Shown one piece after another: positions 13,710-20,723 of a stretch of DNA of 32,000 nt (position 1 is the stretch's first letter; each line of letters opens with the position of its first letter). Both the position numbers and the translations under genes were made by a program. Source of the stretch: Candidatus Saccharimonadota bacterium (GTDB lineage: Bacteria > Patescibacteriota > Gracilibacteria > UBA1369 > 2-02-FULL-48-14); assembly GCA_965230905.1 (NCBI GenBank), contig OZ246396.1, forward strand, positions 1,200,001 to 1,232,000. Direction: 5' to 3'. Under the pieces are notes generated by a model that did no database searches, was not told where the DNA came from, and saw only the letters and a list, made by a program, of their open reading frames with translations.

Positions 13710-14993
13710 ATGAACAGCAAAAATCTTTCCGTGATATTGGGAGCCCAATGGGGCGATGAAGGCAAAGGAAAGCTCGTGGATATTTTGAGCGCCGAATTTG
13801 ATATTGTGGCTCGTGCAAGCGGCGGAGCCAATGCCGGGCATACCGTGTACGTTCAAGAAGGCGCGGAGACGAAGAAATTTGTGTTTCACCTTTTGCCGAG
13901 CGGAATTTTGTACCCGCACGTGCAGTGTGTGATTGGAAACGGCGTGGTGCTGCACATTGAAACGATGTTCGAAGAATTGGAGAGTTTGAAAGCAGCCGGG
14001 CACGATGTGGAAGACCGCCTCAAGATTTCTGACCGAGTGGCGATTTTATTCGACTACCACAAGCTGATGGACGGCGCGCAGGAAGACTCTAAGGGAACGC
14101 ACAAAGTGGGCACGACTCGACGTGGCATTGGGCCCGCTTACTCCGACAAAATCAATCGACGTGGACTTCGACTTTGCGACCTCAAGGACTGGGATAAATT
14201 TGAAGAGCGTTACCGCGCAAATTTGGTGTGGCATCAGGAGGTGTTTGGTTTTGATTATTTGCCTGAAGGTGAACTCGCGGTGATTAGACAGTACCGTGAT
14301 CGCTTGCTCGCTATGATGGTGGATGGTGCGCTGTACCTCAGCAAGGCACTGAAGGCCGGAAAGAAAGTCTTGGTGGAAGGTGCGAATGCAACTTTGCTGG
14401 ACATTGATCACGGAACTTACCCTTTTGTGACCTCGTCCAACCCCAGCATTGGAGGGGTATTTACGGGAACTGGAATGAACCCATCGTACATGGGCGACCT
14501 GATTGGAATTGTGAAAGCGTACATGACTCGGGTGGGCAGCGGACCCTTCCCTACGGAACTTTTGGACAGTTTGGGAGATGCGATTCGTGAGGCGGGCGGC
14601 GAATATGGATCGACCACGGGACGCCCTAGGCGTTGCGGGTGGTTTGACGTGCCGCTGACTCGTTATTCACTCATGATCAACGGATTCAATTCTTTGAATT
14701 TGACGAAGCTGGATGTACTGGATGAACTCGATGAGATCAAAGTGGCCGTTGCGTACCGCCTGAACGGTGAAGTTTTGGAAAGCATTCCCGCTTCGCTGGA
14801 TGAACTCGCGCAGGTGGAAGTGGAATACGAAACTCTGCCGGGCTGGAAAACCTCTTTAAAGAATGTGACGAGCTGGGAGGACTTGCCGGAGAATGCAAAA
14901 AACTACGTGCTCCGCCTGGAAGAACTCCTAGAGTGTCCCATTAAGTACATTGGGGTCGGACAACGGCGAGATCAGCTGCTGACTAGATCTTAA
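13710..14993 (+). CDS. purA: adenylosuccinate synthetase
   Basis: 427-aa ORF with the P-loop GAQWGDEGKGK, the GIGPAY motif and GTTGRPRRCGW. Confidence 0.95.
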   Translation: MNSKNLSVILGAQWGDEGKGKLVDILSAEFDIVARASGGANAGHTVYVQEGAETKKFVFHLLPSGILYPHVQCVIGNGVVLHIETMFEELESLKAAGHDVEDRLKISDRVAILFDYHKLMDGAQEDSKGTHKVGTTRRGIGPAYSDKINRRGLRLCDLKDWDKFEERYRANLVWHQEVFGFDYLPEGELAVIRQYRDRLLAMMVDGALYLSKALKAGKKVLVEGANATLLDIDHGTYPFVTSSNPSIGGVFTGTGMNPSYMGDLIGIVKAYMTRVGSGPFPTELLDSLGDAIREAGGEYGSTTGRPRRCGWFDVPLTRYSLMINGFNSLNLTKLDVLDELDEIKVAVAYRLNGEVLESIPASLDELAQVEVEYETLPGWKTSLKNVTSWEDLPENAKNYVLRLEELLECPIKYIGVGQRRDQLLTRS

Positions 14994-15576
14994 TAAAGTG
15001 CTCGTGCTTGGCGTCGTACTCTTTGTAAAGCACGGGGAGCGTTTCCTTGTAATAGATCTCGAGCAGGTCGTTCATCTCCTTTTCCAAAAGCGTGTCGGCT
15101 TTTACTAAGAGGTGGATGAAGGTTTTGTTTTCGGGATCTTGTTCTAAAATTTCGTGGCAGGCGGTCACGGCGCTTTCGTATTGGCCGTTTAGAACCATCG
15201 CTTTGATCTGTTTTTCTGCGTTGGCGTAGAAGGTTTTGAGTTCATCGCGGTGCGCTTCCTGAATTTTAACGCGAGCCTTTTGAAGGCGGTGCTTGAGGTC
15301 ACGGGAATCCGGCAGAATGGTGAGCAGTTTTTGGTAAACCGCTGCAAGCGCGGCGTAGTCTTTCTTTTCAATGAGCTGATCCACAATCTGGGAATCGAGC
15401 TTGTCTTTCACGTAATGCTCCTGCGCGTAGTGCAGATAATCCAAAAAATCGGCCTCGTCGGGAAAAGCCATCAAAGCTTCTTGTGAACGAAGCAATAACT
15501 GGTCAAAGTTCTTTGCAGACTTCAGGCTTTTCAGTTCTTTAAGGAGTGCGTCGATTTGGGGGTTCTGTGAGGCCAT
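14983..15576 (-). CDS. hypothetical all-helical (TPR-like) protein
   Basis: 197-aa ORF with helical-repeat character. Its 3' end overlaps the purA 3' end by 11 nt (convergent). It has its own TATAAT 6 nt upstream of the ATG. Confidence 0.6.
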   Translation of the reverse strand: MASQNPQIDALLKELKSLKSAKNFDQLLLRSQEALMAFPDEADFLDYLHYAQEHYVKDKLDSQIVDQLIEKKDYAALAAVYQKLLTILPDSRDLKHRLQKARVKIQEAHRDELKTFYANAEKQIKAMVLNGQYESAVTACHEILEQDPENKTFIHLLVKADTLLEKEMNDLLEIYYKETLPVLYKEYDAKHEHFIKI

Positions 15577-15582
15577 CCCCTT

Positions 15583-15588
15583 ATTATA
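15583..15588 (-). promoter_or_regulatory. perfect TATAAT exactly 6 nt upstream of ATG 15576 (leaderless-type)
   Basis: The reverse complement of 15583-15588 is TATAAT, followed by AAGGGG and then ATG. The -35 is weak (TTTTAA/TTTAAA). Confidence 0.4.
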
Positions 15589-15614
15589 CCTGAAAATTGG
15601 CTATTTTAAAAGGC

Positions 15615-16031
15615 TTAAGCTGCCATCAAACGCGTTGCCAATCTTCTCACTTCTATTGAGAATCCACCGGAGTCCATTCCAACTAAAGGAATCTCTCCTT
15701 TAAATAAAGAGCGGATAACTTCGTTATATGAAGCATTCAGTGCTTTGGGAGAAAGATCTTTAAGAGACTCAAGGGATTCAGTATAGAAACCTTTAATCGT
15801 TCCATAAAGTTTATACATAGCCCATCTTTGCTCAAGGCTAAAAGCACCGTTTCCGGCATTATGAAAGGCGGTGAGAAATTCTTTCTGCTCGCTACCCGAT
15901 AGCATCAACTGGGTTAAATTACCTGCAATTTCTATATGCCGAAACATACTGTTGAAGTCCTCTATAAGTTGACCGGGAGACTCCTCTCCAGAAACAGGGA
16001 CTTTTTCACTAACTGGGTCAAGTTTATTCAT
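15615..16031 (-). CDS. hypothetical protein (orphan, AT-rich)
   Basis: 138-aa ORF, 29 nt downstream of valS on the same strand. Line 15661-15720 is 24/60 G+C. No motif recognised. Confidence 0.55.
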   Translation of the reverse strand: MNKLDPVSEKVPVSGEESPGQLIEDFNSMFRHIEIAGNLTQLMLSGSEQKEFLTAFHNAGNGAFSLEQRWAMYKLYGTIKGFYTESLESLKDLSPKALNASYNEVIRSLFKGEIPLVGMDSGGFSIEVRRLATRLMAA

Positions 16032-16060
16032 AATTTAAATAAGAGTGGTCGATCTTAGCA

Positions 16061-18691
16061 CTATTTTCCAAGCTCTAGAAGCTGCTTTTTCAGCTTCTCC
16101 ATCTTCTGCTGCGTTTCATCCATCTTAGTGCGCTCTTTTTTTATAATTTCTTCAGGGGCGTTTTGGACGAAGGCCTTGTTGGAGAGTTTCTTTTCCAAGC
16201 TGGCGAAGTAGTTTTCGAGTTCGGTGATTTCCTTAGTGATGCGTTTAATTTCAGCGTCAAAATCGATGAGATCCGCGAGCGGCAGGTAAATTTCCAGGTC
16301 GCCCACAAAGGTGCTAAAGGCTTTCTCAATTTTTTCGCCATTTTCCTTAATATCGAGTTGGCCAAGGTTGGCGAGACGCTTGATTACGTCGGCCTTGTCA
16401 TTCACCAGAGCGGTGTCTTCGTGAGCGATGATGATGGCGTGAATTTTCTTAGCGGCTTCCACACCCGCTTCGGCGCGGAGCACACGAATACCGGCAATAA
16501 GGTCCATGATGCGTCCCATTTCGTCCGATTCCGCAAAGTAAGCATAGTCTGGGTTGATGACTGGCCAATTTGAAGTCATGAGCATTGTGCCCGGGCACAG
16601 TTCAGCCCAAATCGCTTCGGTAACAAAAGGCATAAAAGGATGCATGAGGGTGAGCGTGGTCTTGAGCACGTGCTTGAGCACCGCGGGATTTTTTTGCACC
16701 TTGCTGATCTCTAAGTACCAGTCGCAGTATTCTCCCCAGAAAAAGTCGTACACCGTGAGCCCGGCTTCAGAAAGTCGGTAGTTTTCCAGATGATCCGTTA
16801 CGGTTTTTATGATTTCGTTGAGGCGAGTGAGAATCCATTTGTCGGCGCGGGTAAGCGCGGCGGGATCGATTTCGTCGTTGCCGTCGAGGTTCATCATCAC
16901 AAAGCGGGACCCGTTCCAGATCTTATTCACGAAGTTGCGGTAACCGGCAATTTTTTCTTCGTAGAGGCGCATGTCGTTTCCGGCCGTGGAACCAATCACA
17001 AGGGAAAGACGAATGGCGTCGGTTCCATATTTTTCAATCATATCCAGCGGATCGATGCAGGTTTCAGGGCGTGATTTGCTCATCTTTTTTCCGTGAATAT
17101 CGCGGATGAGTCCGTGCAGATATACGTCTTTAAAAGGAATGGATTTTTCTTCGGAGAAACCAGATTTGCGGAGTGCGTAGGTGCTTCCCAAAATCATGCG
17201 GGCCACCCAGAAGAACAAAATATCGTAACCGGTTTCCAAACAATTGCTGGGCGTGAAACGCATGAGGTCCGGCGTCTTTTCGGGCCAACCCAAAGTGGAG
17301 AAGGTCCAAAGCTGAGAGCTGAACCAAGTATCGAGGGTGTCTTCGTCTTGAGCCCAGTCGGTTCCTGGCGAATCGGCTTGAACTTTCATTTCGTCACCTT
17401 TGTACCAAACGGGAATGCGGTGGCCCCACCAGATTTGTCGGGAGATGCACCAGTCGCGCAAATTGTCGATCCAGTGGAAATAGGTTTTTTCAAAACGGTC
17501 CGGCACGATCTTGATCATTTTGCTACGCACGGTGTCTTGCAGCACTTCCTTAATAGAAAGCTGCTTTCCTTTCCAGTCGATAGCAGGTTTATTCACATCC
17601 ACAAACCACTGTTTCATTATCTGGGGTTCCATGATTCCCTTTCCACGGTAGCTCACGGCCACATTATGAACATAGTTTTCATCCACGTTCACCAGCAGGC
17701 CTTTTTCTTTGAGTTTTTCTACGATTTTTGGACGCGCTTTTCCAATCGGCATCCCTGCAAATTCTCCGGCGATTTCCATAAGGCAGCCGTCGAGACCAAT
17801 TACTTGTTCGCGGTCGAGCTTGTGACGCTGCGCGATTTCAAAGTCGGTCGCGTCGTGCCAAGGTGTGATGGTCATCACTCCCGTTCCAAATTCCGGATCC
17901 ACGGCTTCGTCCTTAATAATCGTGGCGGTCACAGGACCGTTGATCCACTCCGCCTCGAAGGTCTCGCCGTTTTTGTACTTGGCGTAACGTTTATCGTCCG
18001 GGTGCATCACCACATATTTGTCGCCGAATTTGGTTTCGGGGCGAGAGGTAGAAATTTGAAAGGGTCCGTATTGAAAAGTGTAGAACGGCGCTTTTTCTTC
18101 AAGATATTCCAGCTCATCGTCGGCCACGGTGGTTTGCATTTTTGGATCCCAACTCACAATTCGTCCGCCGCGGTAAATCAATCCATCTTCATACATCATC
18201 TTAAAAAGTTCGTTCACCGCCACGTTCATTTCATCACTAAAGGTGTAGCGCTCACGGCTCCAGTCACAACTGGTTCCCATTTTGCGCACCTGGTTTCGGA
18301 TGGTGTTTTTACTGTTCTCCACAAATTCGCGGATTGCGTCCAAAAGTCCGTCGCGGCCCAGTTCTTCGCGTGGGTTTTTCATTCCGCCATCTTGAAGTTT
18401 CTTAATCACCACACTTTCGGTCGCGATGGCGGCGTGGTCGGTTCCCGGCAAATAGAGCGCCGCAAAACCTTGCATGCGCTTGAAGCGAATCAAAATATCC
18501 TCAATGGCCAGCATGGTCGCGTGGCCAAGGTGCAGCGTTCCCGTGGCGTTTGGCGGCGGCATCATGATGGAATACGGCTCCTTGCTCATGTCGTCCGAAG
18601 GCGCAAAAGCACCCGATTCCTCCCACATTTTGTAGAGAGAATCTTCGTGGTCTTTAGCGGTGTAGGCCTTAGGAATTTCTTTCATGGCCAT
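16061..18691 (-). CDS. valS: valine--tRNA ligase
   Basis: Class I aaRS motifs PPPNATGTLHLGHA (HIGH) and KMSKS, plus a C-terminal coiled coil. The ORF is open to 18721, but MAMKEIPKAYTAKD at 18691 aligns with known ValRS N-termini and has AGGTG 11 nt upstream. Confidence 0.95.
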   Translation of the reverse strand: MAMKEIPKAYTAKDHEDSLYKMWEESGAFAPSDDMSKEPYSIMMPPPNATGTLHLGHATMLAIEDILIRFKRMQGFAALYLPGTDHAAIATESVVIKKLQDGGMKNPREELGRDGLLDAIREFVENSKNTIRNQVRKMGTSCDWSRERYTFSDEMNVAVNELFKMMYEDGLIYRGGRIVSWDPKMQTTVADDELEYLEEKAPFYTFQYGPFQISTSRPETKFGDKYVVMHPDDKRYAKYKNGETFEAEWINGPVTATIIKDEAVDPEFGTGVMTITPWHDATDFEIAQRHKLDREQVIGLDGCLMEIAGEFAGMPIGKARPKIVEKLKEKGLLVNVDENYVHNVAVSYRGKGIMEPQIMKQWFVDVNKPAIDWKGKQLSIKEVLQDTVRSKMIKIVPDRFEKTYFHWIDNLRDWCISRQIWWGHRIPVWYKGDEMKVQADSPGTDWAQDEDTLDTWFSSQLWTFSTLGWPEKTPDLMRFTPSNCLETGYDILFFWVARMILGSTYALRKSGFSEEKSIPFKDVYLHGLIRDIHGKKMSKSRPETCIDPLDMIEKYGTDAIRLSLVIGSTAGNDMRLYEEKIAGYRNFVNKIWNGSRFVMMNLDGNDEIDPAALTRADKWILTRLNEIIKTVTDHLENYRLSEAGLTVYDFFWGEYCDWYLEISKVQKNPAVLKHVLKTTLTLMHPFMPFVTEAIWAELCPGTMLMTSNWPVINPDYAYFAESDEMGRIMDLIAGIRVLRAEAGVEAAKKIHAIIIAHEDTALVNDKADVIKRLANLGQLDIKENGEKIEKAFSTFVGDLEIYLPLADLIDFDAEIKRITKEITELENYFASLEKKLSNKAFVQNAPEEIIKKERTKMDETQQKMEKLKKQLLELGK

Positions 18692-18726
18692 AATAAAACC
18701 ACACCTGTAGAACAGAGACAAGGAAA

Positions 18727-18755
18727 TTGACCAAAGATCAGGTTTAGCGTATACT
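18727..18755 (+). promoter_or_regulatory. strong promoter candidate TTGACC-N17-TATACT for ORF 18766
   Basis: -35 at 18727-18732 and -10 at 18750-18755. The -10 ends 10 nt before ATG 18766, giving a near-leaderless transcript. Confidence 0.55.
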
Positions 18756-18765
18756 TAAGTCGTTT

Positions 18766-19263
18766 ATGGACCCTTTTAAAAAATCCAAATCGGAGCCCGA
18801 AGAAAATCTGATCGACTCAGAGGTTCTTGAAGCTACCGAACTAATGGATGGCGCTTTGGACGAAGAAACCGGACTGGTTTCGGGTGAAGTGAGTGAAATC
18901 GCCAAGGACAGCGCTTCTGAAAACAAAGCCCAAGGCCAGGGTAAAAAGGGCGACGACGACACTTCGAATGCGACTAAGGAGAAAAAAGCCCTCACGGATC
19001 TTAGCGACCGACTCGCCCTCCGCGACCGTTTGCTCGCAACCGCACCCCAAGAATCTGCGATGCGGAAAGAAGTAAAACATGAACTTTTGAAGAAAAAGGA
19101 ATCGCTGGAGCGCGACGTAAAAAAATACAAACACAACTACGCCCTGCTCAGCGAAGCCGTGGCACAACTACGACTCGTTGTTAAACAACTTCAGGATTTG
19201 GCGCACGCCAGCTACGAAGCCCTCAAGGAAGTTTGGCTGAAGGTGGTTCATAGGTTTGCCTAA
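18766..19263 (+). CDS. hypothetical protein (acidic disordered N-half, coiled-coil C-half)
   Basis: 165-aa ORF. The opposite-strand ORF 18744-19136 is S/F-rich antisense-type sequence, so the plus frame is preferred. A good promoter lies upstream. Confidence 0.6.
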   Translation: MDPFKKSKSEPEENLIDSEVLEATELMDGALDEETGLVSGEVSEIAKDSASENKAQGQGKKGDDDTSNATKEKKALTDLSDRLALRDRLLATAPQESAMRKEVKHELLKKKESLERDVKKYKHNYALLSEAVAQLRLVVKQLQDLAHASYEALKEVWLKVVHRFA

Positions 19264-19273
19264 ATGGCAAAAC

Positions 19274-19302
19274 TTGCCGTGAGCTTGTTGCAATGATAAA
19301 AT
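19274..19302 (+). promoter_or_regulatory. promoter candidate TTGCCG-N17-TAAAAT with TGn extended -10
   Basis: -35 at 19274-19279, TGA at 19294-19296, and TAAAAT at 19297-19302, 24 nt upstream of ATG 19327. Confidence 0.45.
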
Positions 19303-19326
19303 TGCGGCTTATTTAACCAATTCTTT

Positions 19327-19527
19327 ATGATAACAGGTTCTAATGGTGAAGTTGCTACTACAAGTACTTACGCAGGTTTTGATCCAGCGATGCGAGCTAG
19401 TGGACGCGTGGAAAAGCTGACTGGTAAACAAGCTATTAGTGCTCTTACGGATGGAAATTCTGTAGCGGCTGTTGAACTTGAAGCCATTCTTCAAAAGGCA
19501 GCTTTGGCAGATGTTCTTAAGTCATAG
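19327..19527 (+). CDS. small hypothetical protein (66 aa) or small RNA
   Basis: The ORF has its own promoter-like hexamers and is followed 9 nt later by an 18-bp perfect palindrome. No SD and no recognisable motif. Confidence 0.35.
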   Translation: MITGSNGEVATTSTYAGFDPAMRASGRVEKLTGKQAISALTDGNSVAAVELEAILQKAALADVLKS

Positions 19528-19535
19528 ACAACCCT

Positions 19536-19553
19536 TTTGTGCACGTGCACAAA
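19536..19553. repeat. 18-bp perfect palindrome TTTGTGCACGTGCACAAA between convergent genes
   Basis: The sequence is its own reverse complement (checked by hand). It contains CACGTG and two GTGCAC sites. No U-run follows on either strand. Confidence 0.9.
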
Positions 19554-19589
19554 GTACCCTCGTGGTACAGAATCGAGCTATACTGACTT

Positions 19590-19919
19590 CTACTGGATTT
19601 TAGCAAGCTCTAGAGCTGCCTTGTCTTTTTCAGCTTCTTCAACCGTGTATTTCGCCCACTCATCATCTCGCTCTGCAAAGTTGTGGATGAGCAGTTCTTT
19701 ATTAATGATATGTTCTTCTAGTATCTCCTTAAGATGCTCCGGCTTAATCCGTTCAATGCTTTCATCTGTGTATTCGCCATCGTGATCGTAGTTGAATTCA
19801 AAATAGCTGCCGCAGTCGGGGCATTTTCGTATCTGTCGGGTTATCAAAACCAGCTTTTCTATGGCTTCGGGAAGTTGCTCGCCGGTGTTCATGGACTCGC
19901 AAAAAGTGCAGGAGTTCAT
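19590..19919 (-). CDS. hypothetical zinc-ribbon protein
   Basis: 109-aa ORF with CTFC (residues 4-7) and CPDC (residues 33-36) cysteine pairs and an acidic helical C-terminus. It starts 5 nt after the upstream ORF stop. Confidence 0.55.
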   Translation of the reverse strand: MNSCTFCESMNTGEQLPEAIEKLVLITRQIRKCPDCGSYFEFNYDHDGEYTDESIERIKPEHLKEILEEHIINKELLIHNFAERDDEWAKYTVEEAEKDKAALELAKIQ

Positions 19920-19924
19920 GTGTT

Positions 19925-20383
19925 TTAGTCTTTTACAGGGGTAACTGCTCTAACGGCTTCAATCCGAACCTTGGCGATAGCGGTTCTTCCTGATGTCCAC
20001 CAATTTTTCCTTTGGTCCATTGCATATCGATGCTGCTCCGTCCGATAAAAAAGCGGCGCATCAAAAGCTCTGTTCTCCACAAGTATTGAGTACTCAATAC
20101 TTGCTAAAATATTACCCAATCTTCCTTCATGTCCGTCCAAATATTGCCTTGGAAAATAATCAGCATCCATATCCCAAAGTGTATCTGCGTGAATTAAATG
20201 ATCTACTTCTACGTCTTGAAGACCTGGTGTAAATTTTATATTTGGATTTCTATCTATTATATCTTGGCACTCGTCATGAATCCGTCCATCACTCACCCAT
20301 CTTTCAGCTCTTAAACAACGATAAATGCGAAAGGTTCTTGGCGGCGGCGGATCCCATAAGTCATTTTTTGCTTCTATAGCCAT
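19925..20383 (-). CDS. hypothetical protein (orphan)
   Basis: The ORF is open to 20464, but that extension overlaps the HIT gene by 90 nt. The start MAIEAKND at 20383 gives a 10-nt overlap (ATGGCTATAG) with the HIT stop, typical of translational coupling. 152 aa with no motif recognised. Confidence 0.5.
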   Translation of the reverse strand: MAIEAKNDLWDPPPPRTFRIYRCLRAERWVSDGRIHDECQDIIDRNPNIKFTPGLQDVEVDHLIHADTLWDMDADYFPRQYLDGHEGRLGNILASIEYSILVENRAFDAPLFYRTEQHRYAMDQRKNWWTSGRTAIAKVRIEAVRAVTPVKD

Positions 20384-20691
20384 CCCATCATGTGTAAATG
20401 CAGGTGGAAAATCACCTGGCCGCCTTTTTCGCCAACGTTGAATTGTAGGCGGTAACCTTCGCATTTGTACTGCGCGGCGAGGTTTTTGCCCACCATCATC
20501 AGATGTGAAATGAGGGCGCTGTCTTCGTCGGTCACTTCCATGAAGCTGGGGATGAGTTTGCGTGGAATCACTAAAAAGTGCACGGGGGCCTTGGGGTAGA
20601 GGTCTTTAATCGCGATGCATTGGTCGTCTTCATACACAAATTCGGCAGGAAGTTCTTTATCGATTATTTTTTGAAAAAGCGTTTTTTCCAT
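20374..20691 (-). CDS. HIT-family (Hint-like) nucleotide hydrolase
   Basis: 105-aa ORF ending in the histidine triad HLHLHMMG. It also carries the N-terminal FQKIIDKELPAEFVYEDD typical of Hint proteins. Confidence 0.88.
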   Translation of the reverse strand: MEKTLFQKIIDKELPAEFVYEDDQCIAIKDLYPKAPVHFLVIPRKLIPSFMEVTDEDSALISHLMMVGKNLAAQYKCEGYRLQFNVGEKGGQVIFHLHLHMMGWL

Positions 20692-20697
20692 AGCGGG

Positions 20698-20706
20698 ATT
20701 ATAACA
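20698..20706 (-). promoter_or_regulatory. extended -10 TGTTATAAT exactly 6 nt upstream of the HIT ATG (leaderless-type)
   Basis: The reverse complement of 20698-20706 is TGTTATAAT, followed by CCCGCT and then ATG 20691. It sits in the 32-nt gap after the upstream gene. Confidence 0.45.
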
Positions 20707-20723
20707 GACAGGAGCAAACTCTG

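Noticed and set aside
17093-18730. 545-aa plus-strand ORF spanning most of valS
   Set aside because: It is the antisense shadow of valS. The minus frame has unmistakable ValRS motifs (HIGH, KMSKS). The plus translation is low-information, H/F/R/V-rich sequence with no motif. Long stop-free antisense frames are expected in GC-rich, codon-biased genes.
18744-19136. 130-aa minus-strand ORF opposite ORF 18766-19263
   Set aside because: S/F/R-rich antisense-type composition. The plus frame has a strong promoter and protein-like sequence.
20384-20464. N-terminal 27-codon extension of the 152-aa ORF (track start 20464)
   Set aside because: It would overlap the HIT coding region by 90 nt. The extension is R/P/W-rich. 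The ATG at 20383 gives a standard short coupling overlap.
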